Below, one piece after another: positions 18,941-32,622 of a stretch of DNA of 64,000 bases (its first letter is position 1; each line of letters begins with the position of its first letter). Made by a program: the position numbers and the translations under genes. The notes beneath the pieces were generated by a model, which worked only from the letters and a program-made list of their open reading frames with translations, did not search any database and was not told the DNA's origin. This DNA comes from Armatimonadota bacterium (lineage in GTDB: Bacteria; Armatimonadota; SYMT01), in assembly GCA_041690135.1 (NCBI GenBank), contig JAWLHY010000003.1, positions 256,001 through 320,000 of the forward strand. Direction: 5' to 3'.

Positions 18941-19393
18941 GTGAATCGCCAGACATTCTGCAGCGCCCTTGAGCTGGCTGCGAATTCCTGTCGCCGCTTC
19001 GCGCAGCAGTTCACCGCCGAGAGCTTGCCGGATGAAGTTCGGTTCGACCTACTGGTTGGGGACATGCGAGTGGATGATGCCGGTCTGGTGAAGCTCCCCG
19101 GCGGGCGATGCCTGAATCCGGAAGCACTCAATGCCCTTACCGCGGAACGTCTCTGTCGCCTTCTGTGGGTCGAGGGGAAAATCCCGTGCTGGATCAACTT
19201 CCTCTTCGACTCCTACGATGACGAGTACGTTTAAGTGCGAGTGGACTTCTGCCGTCAGTTCACCGATGACGACACGAAGCTCTATCACGCGCGGGAAGGC
19301 AACCCTCCCTTTCACATCCTCGGGCCCTCGGTGCCCGACGGCTGGACCTCGGTGGAAGAAAGTGGGTTTATCGAGATCCCGAAACGAACCTGA
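18941..19393 (+). pseudogene. Hypothetical protein gene interrupted by an in-frame TAA (19232-19234)
   Basis: GTG start with GGAGG SD. After TAA the same frame continues VRVDFCRQF...LYHAREGNPPFHILGPSVPDGWTSVEESG to TGA at 19393. Confidence 0.6.
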
Positions 19394-19510
19394 GGAGGCG
19401 CCAGGTGCGGGCCCATTGGCGCGAGTACGCGTTGCTTCTGCGTCCCTCTGTGTCGAAAGGCAACTCCGGCACCGCGAAACGAACTTTGCTCCCGCCTCCG
19501 CAGGCCGCCG

Positions 19511-19544
19511 CTCCTAATCCTAATCGTAGTCCTTATCCTAATCC
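19511..19544. repeat. Degenerate hexamer array (TCCTAA/TCGTAG/TCCTTA)n
   Basis: ctcctaatcctaatcgtagtccttatcctaatcc. Similar arrays at 49452-49484 and within 33301-33616. Confidence 0.6.
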
Positions 19545-19551
19545 GCGCAGC

Positions 19552-20496
19552 CTAGTATTCCCCGACGTTCTTCAGGGTCACGGTAACGCCAGGCGGCACG
19601 GAGCGCGTCAACCAGACGTTGCCACCAATGGTGGCGCCCTGCCCGATCACCGTATCGCCGCCCAGGATGGTGGCGCCGGGGTAGATCACCACGTCGTCCT
19701 CAATGGTGGGATGGCGCTTGCCGGTCTTGTGGGGCAGGCCCGCATCGTCCGTCTTCACGCTGCGGGCGCCCAGGGTCACGCCCTGGTACATCCGCACCCG
19801 GTTGCCGATCACCGCCGTCTCGCCGACCACCACGCCGGTGCCGTGGTCGATGAAGAAACTCTCGCCGATGGTGGCGCCGGGATGGATCTCGATGCCGGTC
19901 CGCTGGTGGACGTACTCCGTCATGATGCGGGGAATCAGCGGCACGTCGAGCAGGTAGAGCTCGTGGGCCACGCGGTGGGTGGTGATGGCCCGCAGGCCGG
20001 GGTAGCTAAGGATGATCTCGCTGTAGCTGCGGGCGGCGGGGTCCCCTTTGTAGGCTGCAACCACGTCGAGTTTCAGCAGTTCGCGGGTCCGGGGGAGGCG
20101 GTCGAAAAAGATGCCCATCACCCGTTCGGCCTCGGCCGCCAGCATACCCTCGTCGACCGTTTCCACCTTTGCATCCGGCCGCTCGGAATCGTATTTGCTG
20201 CGGTAGCGGAGGGGGAGGGCGCGCTTCACCTGCCGGTAGAGGATGTCGTAGGTCTCATCCAGCCGTTCGATGACCATCGTTTCGAGCGGCACGCTCCGAT
20301 CGCACGACGAGCGGTAGCCCGGATAGAAGACGTCGTCCAGCAGGGAGAGGACGCGCAGGACCTCCGCCTCCACCGGCGCCTCGCAGCACGACCCGATGGG
20401 GTTGCGCCCATCGCCGTTGTCGAAGCTGGGCGCCAGTTCTTCCAGGGCGCGGCTCATCACCGCCGCCTTCCGCTCGATGTAATCGCGACTGGTCAT
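19552..20496 (-). CDS. cysE: Serine O-acetyltransferase
   Basis: GDPAARS...YPG...HRVAH...TGIEIHPGATIG.SFFIDHGTGVVVGET...KRHPTI. Confidence 0.92.
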   Translation of the reverse strand: MTSRDYIERKAAVMSRALEELAPSFDNGDGRNPIGSCCEAPVEAEVLRVLSLLDDVFYPGYRSSCDRSVPLETMVIERLDETYDILYRQVKRALPLRYRSKYDSERPDAKVETVDEGMLAAEAERVMGIFFDRLPRTRELLKLDVVAAYKGDPAARSYSEIILSYPGLRAITTHRVAHELYLLDVPLIPRIMTEYVHQRTGIEIHPGATIGESFFIDHGTGVVVGETAVIGNRVRMYQGVTLGARSVKTDDAGLPHKTGKRHPTIEDDVVIYPGATILGGDTVIGQGATIGGNVWLTRSVPPGVTVTLKNVGEY

Positions 20497-20546
20497 AGTA
20501 ACGGGATTCTATCACTCGCCACGCAGCGTCACGTGCACCCTGGATG

Positions 20547-20694
20547 GTAGGGAATGTGACGCCGTTCCATTCCGCAGGCACCGTTATTGATCCCGTTCGG
20601 CCAAACGGGACCGATCCTGACACGAGACGGCTACGAGTGGTCAGGACGGGATCAGCCCCAGGATGGCGGAACGCTACGGCGAGACGTTCCCTAC
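20547..20694. repeat. Inverted doublet of GTAG-type REPs (family B)
   Basis: GTAGGGAATGTGACGCCGTTCCATTCCGC (20547-20575) and the reverse complement of 20666-20694 (GTAGGGAACGTCTCGCCGTAGCGTTCCGC). Confidence 0.65.
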
Positions 20695-20871
20695 AGGTGC
20701 CACCTTCGAAGGCTCGCCCGTCGGGGCCTGACCCACACCGCCAGACGTGTACCGGTGAAGTGCGAATCTGATTACCACCCGCCGGATGCACTCCTCTGGC
20801 GGGCCGCGTTCGTGGATCTATCCCTCCGAGAGTTCTGGTCTCTTGCTCGCTTTGCCGGGTAGAATCAGGCC

Positions 20872-21693
20872 ATGCTCTGGTCCTGGCTGCGAGAAAAGAA
20901 ACGCCGGAAGCTCCGGTCGGCGCCGTTTCCGGAGGCATGGCTCGACTATCTGGACGAGAACGTGCCGCATTACGCAGCGCTCTCCGATTACGAGCAAGAG
21001 GTCCTGCGCCAGAACCTGCGGATCTTCATTGCGGAAAAACACTGGGAAGCGTTCGGCGATCTGGTCCTCACAGAAGAGATGCAGGTGACGGTCGCCGCGC
21101 AGGCCTGCCTCCTCACCCTGAACCTGCCGGAGTGCTTCTACCCGAACGTCCGGTCGATCTTTCTCTATCCGGCAAGCTACCGGGTACGTACCCGCTCGGT
21201 CAACCCGGCCGGCGTGGTCACGGAAGGGCGGTCCTACCGCCTGGGCGAAGCCTGGCACGGTGGGCCGGTGGTCCTCTCCTGGCAGGACGTGCTCGCCGGC
21301 GGGCTCGACCCGGACGACGGTCGCAACGTCGTCTTCCACGAATTCGCCCACAAGTTGGACATGCTGGACGGCAGCGTGGACGGCACGCCGCGGGTCCATG
21401 AGGACTCCGCCTATGGGCGCTGGTATGCGGCGATGCGCCTCGAGTGGGAACGGCTGCGGGGCGAACGCGACCCGGACCGGCCTGGGATCCTCGATCCCTA
21501 CGGAGCGCAGGACGCCGGCGAGTTGTTCGCGGTGGCTACGGAGGCGTTCTTTGAACGCCCAGTGGAGCTGCGGCACTGGCACGCGGAGTTGTATGCCGTG
21601 CTGGCGGAGTACTATCGGCAGAATCCCGCGGCCCGTTTAGACGCACACGCAACAAAATCGCCACGAACAGTTTCTGCACGCGGGCTTGCCTGA
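20872..21693 (+). CDS. M90 family zinc metallopeptidase (MtfA-like)
   Basis: GEAWHGGPVVLSW...NVVFHEFAHKLD...DPYGA...ELFAVATEAFFERP. Confidence 0.9.
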   Translation: MLWSWLREKKRRKLRSAPFPEAWLDYLDENVPHYAALSDYEQEVLRQNLRIFIAEKHWEAFGDLVLTEEMQVTVAAQACLLTLNLPECFYPNVRSIFLYPASYRVRTRSVNPAGVVTEGRSYRLGEAWHGGPVVLSWQDVLAGGLDPDDGRNVVFHEFAHKLDMLDGSVDGTPRVHEDSAYGRWYAAMRLEWERLRGERDPDRPGILDPYGAQDAGELFAVATEAFFERPVELRHWHAELYAVLAEYYRQNPAARLDAHATKSPRTVSARGLA

Positions 21694-21713
21694 CGGAGGG
21701 ACTCTGATATAAT
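21686..21713 (+). promoter_or_regulatory. Sigma70-type promoter (distal, rpoB upstream region)
   Basis: TTGCCT-16 nt-TATAAT with TG extension. Confidence 0.55.
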
Positions 21714-22013
21714 CACTCGGGCCGGTTTACCCCCTCGGTGTCGCTTCCCCGGGGTGAAGGCAGGCCCGTGCCGGGGACCCGCCCGGTTCCGAGGGATACC
21801 AGAACCCATGACCCACGAGCCAATGCCAGCTTCTTCCCGACTATCCGTGGTGCTTGGGACTCCCCATCCGCCCTCGCCTCCCTTATTGCCGTATCAACCC
21901 TGACCGGAGCCGGAATCGGCTTTCACGGGATGGGTAGTTCGGAGTTTTCCGTCGGCTCTCGGGCGCCATCCGGCTCCGTTAGCCGCCCGCGCGTGAATTC
22001 CCTCCGCGTCTCA

Positions 22014-22042
22014 TTGACTCGGAGTGCCCTCATGGATAGAAT
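22014..22042 (+). promoter_or_regulatory. Sigma70-type promoter (proximal rpoB)
   Basis: TTGACT-17 nt-TAGAAT. Confidence 0.65.
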
Positions 22043-22404
22043 GAGTGCTTGCGTCCGGCGCCAGCTCATGGGGGAGTAACGGACCCGTTTGGGCCGCCTG
22101 GGGCGCCCTGCTTTTATCATCGGCGCCCACCGCTTCGCCGTAGAGGGTGGGTGGGCGACAGTTCGGATATTTTCTCTACGGATTCTGGAATACTGGTTGC
22201 ACCTGGGTGTCACCCGGACCCCCACCCCGGTCTTCAGCCCTCGCCCCTCGGCGGGTACGCCTCTCTCCGGAGATAGCGAGAGGCGCTGGAGATAGTTGTC
22301 GGAGTAGGGCCCCGGTTCCCCTCTTCGCGGCCGTACAGAGGGAGCGAAGTCGCCGCCCCGGCTACTGAGGCGGACGACGAGATTACTGAAGGAGACAGGC
22401 CGAC

Positions 22405-25400
22405 ATGCGTAGTACCCTCCCACAGCAGGAGTTGGAGCTACTTCCCAATCTGGTCGAGATCCAGTTGAATTCGTTCCAGTGGTTCCTGGACCGGGGACTG
22501 CGGGAGCTCTTCCATAACTTCTCACCCATCGAGGACTTCACCGGCAATCTCTCGCTCGAGTTGGTGGACTACTACCTCGATAAAGAGAAATACAGCGTTG
22601 AAGAGTGCCGCGACCGCGACATGACGTACGAGCGGCCGATCAAGGCCCGCGTCGTGCTGCGCACCCCCAGTGGGGACATGCAGGAGACCGAAGTTTACCT
22701 CGGCGACCTCCCCATCATGACGGATCGGGGGACGTTCGTGGTGAACGGGGTCGACCGCGTCGTCGTCTCCCAGCTCGCCCGCTCGCCCGGCGTCTACTTC
22801 AACGACAACATCGACTTCAGCGGCCGGATTCTCTACACCGCCACGCTCATTCCGAGTGAAGGCGCGTGGCTGGAAGTCGAAACCGACGCCAACAACGTCA
22901 TCAGCGTGCGCGTGGGCCAGACCCGCAAGTTCCCGCTCACCACGCTTCTGCGCGCACTCGGCGCCTTCGATCACGGCAACAACTACGGCTACGAGTTCCT
23001 GCCGAAGGACCAGGTCCTGGGCCGCACCACCGCTTCGTCCGTGGTGGACCAGGGCACGGGCGAGCTGCTGATCGAGGCGGGCGAAGAGATCACGGACGAC
23101 CTGTTCGCGCGCATCCAGGCGGCCCAGGTCGAGCAGGTCGAAGTGCTGGTGCCGCCGATGTCGGTCAGCACCACGGCCGAAGTCCTCAGTCTCTACTCCA
23201 CCACGCAGGAGTTGGAGAACCCGGACCGCGAGACGATCTTCGGCAAGCGCCCGATCGAGGACATCATCGATCCGAAGAGCGGCAAGGTCCTGGTGAAGGC
23301 GTACCAGAAGGTCTCCAACCAGGAAACCGCCAAGCGGATCGAGGGCCTCAGCCTTCCCTCCGTGACGATCCTCGTGCCCAACGAATACATCGAGGCGACG
23401 GTGGAAGCCGAGGGGAACATCCAGGACCAGGAAGACGCCCTGGCGGACATCTACCGGACGATCCGCCCCGGCGATCCCTCCACGGCGGAGAGTGCCCGCA
23501 GCCTGCTGTCCAGCATCTTCTACGACCTCCGCCGCTATGACCTGGCGCGGGTGGGCCGCTACAAGCTGAACAAGCGGCTGGGCCTGAACCTGCCGATGGA
23601 CGACCGTCCGGAGCTGATCGCCAAGCTGGGCCCCGGCCACCGCGCCACCCGCTCGGTAACGCAGGCGGACCTGGTCGCGATCATCAAGTACATCATCGAC
23701 TTCGCGGCCGGCGTCCACTCGCGCGACGACATCGACCATCTGGAGAACAAGCGCGTCCGGTCCGTGGGCGAGCTCCTGCAGAACCAGATGCGCCTCGGCT
23801 TCCTCCGCATGGAAAAGGTAGCCCGCGAGCGCATGACCGCGGCCGACGCCGAGAACGTCGTGCCGCAGGTGGTGCTGTCGGTGAAGCCGATCAGCGCGAG
23901 CATCAAGAGCTTCTTCGGCAGCTCCCAGCTCTCGCAGTTCATGGACCAGACCAACCCGCTGGCGGAGCTCACCCACAAGCGGCGCCTTTCGGCGCTCGGC
24001 CCCGGCGGTCTTTCCCGCCAGAGCGCCAAGCTGGAAGTCCGCGACGTGCACCACAGCCACTACAGCCGGGTCTGTCCCATCGAGACGCCGGAAGGCCCGA
24101 ACATTGGTCTCATCGGCTCGCTGGCGATCCTGGGTCGCATCGATGAGTTCGGTTTCCTGCTGGCGCCGTACCGCAAGGTCGTCGACGGCGTGGTGACCGA
24201 CAAGATCGAATACATCACGGCGGATGAGGAAGACAAGTACTACCTCGCGCCGGCGAACACGCGGCTGGAAGCGGACGGGCGGATTCCGGGGCCGACCCCC
24301 GTGCGGCACCGGGGCACCTTCCCGACCGTGCGCCCGCAGCAGATCGACTACATGGACGTGATGCCCATGCAGATCGTCTCGCCGGCCACGGCGCTCATTC
24401 CGTTCCTCGAGAACGACGACGCCAACCGCGCGCTGATGGGCTCCAACATGCAGCGACAGGCGGTGCCGACGCTCCGCCCGCGGGCCCCCGTCTGCAAGAC
24501 CGGCGTGGAGAAGAAGGTGGCGGCCGACTCCGGGTCGGCGGTCCGCGCCCGCCGCGACGGCCGTGTCATCTACGTGACCGCCGAGCGGATCGTGGTCGAA
24601 ACCCGCGACCGGGATGAGGACGGCAAGCCGTACCGCGACGTGTACCGCCTGCTGAACATGCTGCGCTCGAACAACGCCACCTGCATCACGCAGCGGCCGA
24701 TCGTGCGCAAAGGTCAGCGCGTGCGCCAGGGCGACGTGATCGCGGACGGGCCGAGCATGGAACAGGGCGAGCTGGCGCTGGGCCAGAACCTGCTCGTGGC
24801 GTTCATGCCCGCCGGCGGCTTCAACTACGAAGACGCGATCATGCTCTCCGAGCGCCTGGTGAAGGACGACGTCTACACCTCGATCCACATCGAGAAGTAC
24901 GAGACGGAAGCCCGCGACACCAAGCTGGGGCCGGAAGAGATCACCCGCGACATTCCGAACGTCAGCGAAGACGCGCTGAAGGACCTGGACGAGGACGGCA
25001 TCATCCGCATCGGCGCCGAAGTCCGCGCGGAAGACATCCTGGTCGGAAAGGTCGCTCCCAAGGGTCAGGGCGAGTTGACGCCGGAAGAACGGCTCGTGAT
25101 CGCCATCTTCGGAAAGAAGGCGGAAGAGACCCGCGACGTCTCCCTGCGCCTGCCGCACGGGGAGAAGGGTAAGGTCATCGACATCAAGCGGTTCAGCCGC
25201 TTCAAGTATCGCTGCACCGGCTGCCAGACCGTCTACGACTTCAGCAAGAAGCCGGACACGCTGGTCTGCCAGAAGTACGAGTGCGGCGGGGAGCTGGAGC
25301 GGGTGCAGGCGGACGAGCTGCCGGCCGGCGTGAACATGCTGGTCCGCTGCTACATCGCCCAGAAGCGCAAGGTGATGGAAGGCGACAAGATGGCCGGTCG

Positions 25401-26487
25401 CCACGGGAACAAGGGGGTCATCTCCAAGATCGTGCCGGAAGAGGATATGCCGTTCCTCCCGGACGGAACCCCGGTCGACGTGCTGCTCAACCCGCTGGGG
25501 GTGCCGAGCCGTATGAACATCGGGCAGATCCTGGAAACGCACCTGGGCCTGGTCTGCAAGTTCCTGGGCGGGTCGTACACCAACCCGATCTTCGAGGGTC
25601 GCAAGGAAGCGGATATCATCGGCGAGCTGCAGAAGCTCGGCGGCATCCTGCGCTCGCAGCGGCTGCACGACTTCGCGACGAAGGAGTGCAAGCTGGAGCT
25701 GTATGCCGTGCCGGACGACGGTTACGACGCGCTCGTGACCGCCACCCGTGCCGCGGTGGAAGCCCTGGACCCGGCGACACTCTACCGGGTCGGCGCTAAA
25801 ATCAACGTGCCCGCGGCGGAAGACGCGCAGCCCGTAGTGGACGAGGAGAGCGGCGAGGAGTTCCTCCCGGTCACGGCGGAGGCCGTGCTGGAGACGATCC
25901 TCCGGATCGTCGATCGGCGGGTCGGCTTCCTGGAGAAAGAAGGCAAGATGATGCTGCGCGACGGCCGCTCGGGGGATTACTTCGAGATGCCGGTCACCGT
26001 GGGCCTCATCTATATGCTGAAGCTCGCGCACCTGGTCGACGACAAGATCCACGCCCGGAGCACCGGTCCTTACTCGCTGGTCACGCAGCAGCCGCTGGGT
26101 GGGAAGGCGCAGTTCGGCGGCCAGCGCTTCGGAGAAATGGAAGTCTGGGCCCTGGAAGCTTACGGTGCGGCCTACACGCTGCAGGAGATCCTCACCATCA
26201 AGAGCGACGACGTCCTCGGCCGGGTGAAGACCTACGAGGCCATCGTGAAGGGCGACACCATCACGGCGCCGGGCATTCCGGAAAGCTTCCGGATCCTGGT
26301 GAACGAGCTCCAGTCGCTGGGCCTGAAGGTGAGCGTGGAAGACCGCGAGGGCAACGTGGTGGACCTCCGCGATCAGGAAGAGGATTACGGCGATGGGGCC
26401 GAAGCGGCCCGCCGCCGCCAGATCCGCCGGATCATGGATACCAGTCCCATGCCGCTGTCTCCCGAGGAACAGGGTGCGCCCGAGTAG
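22405..26487 (+). CDS. rpoB: DNA-directed RNA polymerase beta subunit
   Basis: [63 protein letters not shown]. Confidence 0.99.
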   Translation: MRSTLPQQELELLPNLVEIQLNSFQWFLDRGLRELFHNFSPIEDFTGNLSLELVDYYLDKEKYSVEECRDRDMTYERPIKARVVLRTPSGDMQETEVYLGDLPIMTDRGTFVVNGVDRVVVSQLARSPGVYFNDNIDFSGRILYTATLIPSEGAWLEVETDANNVISVRVGQTRKFPLTTLLRALGAFDHGNNYGYEFLPKDQVLGRTTASSVVDQGTGELLIEAGEEITDDLFARIQAAQVEQVEVLVPPMSVSTTAEVLSLYSTTQELENPDRETIFGKRPIEDIIDPKSGKVLVKAYQKVSNQETAKRIEGLSLPSVTILVPNEYIEATVEAEGNIQDQEDALADIYRTIRPGDPSTAESARSLLSSIFYDLRRYDLARVGRYKLNKRLGLNLPMDDRPELIAKLGPGHRATRSVTQADLVAIIKYIIDFAAGVHSRDDIDHLENKRVRSVGELLQNQMRLGFLRMEKVARERMTAADAENVVPQVVLSVKPISASIKSFFGSSQLSQFMDQTNPLAELTHKRRLSALGPGGLSRQSAKLEVRDVHHSHYSRVCPIETPEGPNIGLIGSLAILGRIDEFGFLLAPYRKVVDGVVTDKIEYITADEEDKYYLAPANTRLEADGRIPGPTPVRHRGTFPTVRPQQIDYMDVMPMQIVSPATALIPFLENDDANRALMGSNMQRQAVPTLRPRAPVCKTGVEKKVAADSGSAVRARRDGRVIYVTAERIVVETRDRDEDGKPYRDVYRLLNMLRSNNATCITQRPIVRKGQRVRQGDVIADGPSMEQGELALGQNLLVAFMPAGGFNYEDAIMLSERLVKDDVYTSIHIEKYETEARDTKLGPEEITRDIPNVSEDALKDLDEDGIIRIGAEVRAEDILVGKVAPKGQGELTPEERLVIAIFGKKAEETRDVSLRLPHGEKGKVIDIKRFSRFKYRCTGCQTVYDFSKKPDTLVCQKYECGGELERVQADELPAGVNMLVRCYIAQKRKVMEGDKMAGRHGNKGVISKIVPEEDMPFLPDGTPVDVLLNPLGVPSRMNIGQILETHLGLVCKFLGGSYTNPIFEGRKEADIIGELQKLGGILRSQRLHDFATKECKLELYAVPDDGYDALVTATRAAVEALDPATLYRVGAKINVPAAEDAQPVVDEESGEEFLPVTAEAVLETILRIVDRRVGFLEKEGKMMLRDGRSGDYFEMPVTVGLIYMLKLAHLVDDKIHARSTGPYSLVTQQPLGGKAQFGGQRFGEMEVWALEAYGAAYTLQEILTIKSDDVLGRVKTYEAIVKGDTITAPGIPESFRILVNELQSLGLKVSVEDREGNVVDLRDQEEDYGDGAEAARRRQIRRIMDTSPMPLSPEEQGAPE

Positions 26488-26510
26488 GAAACGGGACGAT
26501 CGCAGGCCGA

Positions 26511-26559
26511 GCAACTGCTGGAGAACCAGAGAATCTCCAGCAGTTGCACGGCCGGAGAA
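26511..26559. repeat. 14-bp perfect hairpin overlapping the left copy of a direct repeat flanking the Uma2 gene
   Basis: GCAACTGCTGGAGA-9 nt-TCTCCAGCAGTTGC. 26533-26559 matches 27216-27242 at 22/27. Confidence 0.55.
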
Positions 26560-26598
26560 CCCGTCGATAGCCAGTCACTGTGTCGCGCTCCGCAAAAC

Positions 26599-27207
26599 AT
26601 GAGCATCACCGTAGTACGTGGACAGAGAGAGGCGAAGGTTCAGTCGCGTTACTGGACCCTCGCAGACCTTGCGGCCCTGCCGGATGAGCTACCGACCGGT
26701 CCCGCCGTCTACGAGATCTGGGATGGAGAGTTGCTGCTGATGCCTCCGCCGGCCGACTTTCATGGCTCGATCGAGGCTCGGATCACCACCGTTCTTGTGG
26801 TTCACGGAGAGTGGGAAGGGCTTGGCCGGGTCAGTTCTGGCGAGGTGGGGGTAGTCCTCAGTCCAGGCCCTCCGGTGACCTGTGTAGGGGCCGACGTGGT
26901 ATTTTTGCTGGCGGAGCAGTTGCCCGCGCGGCACTCGCCCGAGGGATATCTGTTGACCCTACCGGCCCTGGTGGCCGAAGTCCGGTCCAAGAATGACCGG
27001 ACGCGCAAGCTGGCGCGGAAGGTGGAGCGATACCTGGAGGCGGGCGTTCGGCTGGTGTGGGTGGCCGATGAGAAGACGCAGACGGTGACGGTTTACCGTT
27101 CGGGAGCTGAGCCCGTGGTGCTGACGCGGGACGACGAGCTAACGGCCGAAGGCATCCTGCCGGACCTGCGTTTCCCGGTGCGGCGGCTCTTCGACGATTT
27201 ACGATGA
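26599..27207 (+). CDS. Uma2 (DUF820) PD-(D/E)XK family endonuclease-like protein
   Basis: YEIWDGELL.MPPP..FHG...ADVVF...PALVAEVRSKND...KVERYLEAGVRLVWVAD...ILPDLRFPVRRLF. Confidence 0.9.
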   Translation: MSITVVRGQREAKVQSRYWTLADLAALPDELPTGPAVYEIWDGELLLMPPPADFHGSIEARITTVLVVHGEWEGLGRVSSGEVGVVLSPGPPVTCVGADVVFLLAEQLPARHSPEGYLLTLPALVAEVRSKNDRTRKLARKVERYLEAGVRLVWVADEKTQTVTVYRSGAEPVVLTRDDELTAEGILPDLRFPVRRLFDDLR

Positions 27208-27327
27208 CAGGACCGATCTCCGGCGTTTGCACTGCCGGAGGAGAGACTTCGTGCGCAGTTGCACTGCGCTCCGGCTGAGCGGGTCAGAGCGTGGCGCTCT
27301 ACGCGCCAACTCCGTAAGGAGAGATGA

Positions 27328-31722
<4,395 letters not shown>

Positions 31723-31730
31723 TCGGTTAG

Positions 31731-31874
31731 AACCACGAAGACACGAAGGACACGAAGAGAAAGGAAAAGAGCCGGATTCGTCCGGCCGTAGAGGAAAGGT
31801 CCAGCAGATCCAGGCCGGATCCGAGGCGCCAGTACCCTTCAATCCGTTCTTCGTGCTCTTGTGCCTTCGTGGTT
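31731..31874. repeat. Imperfect inverted repeat built of CACGAAG units (MITE/REP-like)
   Basis: AACCACGAAGACACGAAGGACACGAAGA (31731-31758) versus the reverse complement of 31848-31874 (AACCACGAAGGCACAAGAGCACGAAGA). Confidence 0.65.
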
Positions 31875-31882
31875 GATCTCCG

Positions 31883-31916
31883 AAGGCCGGTGACTGAGAG
31901 GTCGCCGGCCTTTCTT
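31883..31916 (+). terminator. Intrinsic terminator after rpoC
   Basis: AAGGCCGGTGAC-TGAGAG-GTCGCCGGCCTT followed by TCTT. Confidence 0.7.
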
Positions 31917-31935
31917 ACATGGGGGTAAGCTCCGT

Positions 31936-32622
31936 TCAGGCCTGGGGATGCACCCCAATGGACGCAAGCAATGCCTCAATCTTCTGGATGTCCTCACGGC
32001 TTCCAAGACGCCAGAAGCGGTGCTGCATCATCGCGTCCGCCCACATCCGGAGCAGGGGATACTCCAGCTTCTGTCGGGGGTGGCCAGCCCTGATGAGCGC
32101 CTCGAAGATCGGGATCAGTTCGTAGTCCGGACACCCAGGACCCAGATGGGAAGTGAGGCGGTCCAAAGTTTCTTCAATGCCAGATTTATCCGCACCTTCC
32201 GCCACCTGAATGGCGAGACGCAGTCCCTCGATCCTGACGAGGAAGCGGAGGGGCTCTTCCAACTCCGCATGATTCTCCAAATTCAAGAGGGCGCGCTCTA
32301 GGAAAGGCTTTGCCTGCTGGTGCTCGCGTAGTTTGAAGACGAGCGTACTTGCGATCGATAGGTCAAGCCAGCCGCCGATCTCTGGATGCGCCTTCAGCAG
32401 TTCATCGATTGAGGCGGCTGTTTCCAGGGCCCTTGGGTGATTGCCCGTACTAGCGTAGTGCGAGAGTAGTTTGCTCCATGCCGTGAATTTATCTTCGGCG
32501 TCTCCTTCGCGCTGCATTCGCTCGTGAAGTCGAAGCAGGGCGGCTTCGGCAGCCGTAGCATCGGTAGCAATTGCGCGCGCCCACTCGCGGTCTTCCGGTT
32601 GTAGCCAGTCAAAACGTGCCAT
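31936..32622 (-). CDS. Hypothetical helical-repeat (TPR-like) protein
   Basis: 228 aa with amphipathic helices, visibly more AT-rich than its neighbours; no family recognised. Confidence 0.55.
   Translation of the reverse strand: MARFDWLQPEDREWARAIATDATAAEAALLRLHERMQREGDAEDKFTAWSKLLSHYASTGNHPRALETAASIDELLKAHPEIGGWLDLSIASTLVFKLREHQQAKPFLERALLNLENHAELEEPLRFLVRIEGLRLAIQVAEGADKSGIEETLDRLTSHLGPGCPDYELIPIFEALIRAGHPRQKLEYPLLRMWADAMMQHRFWRLGSREDIQKIEALLASIGVHPQA

Noticed and set aside
19232-19234. Programmed stop-codon recoding (Sec/Pyl)
   Set aside because: The codon is TAA, which is not used for Sec or Pyl, and TAA terminates rpoC in this window.
21720-21940. 6S, SRP, T-box or tRNA upstream of rpoB
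   Set aside because: None of the diagnostic motifs could be found by eye; kept only as an unassigned leader.
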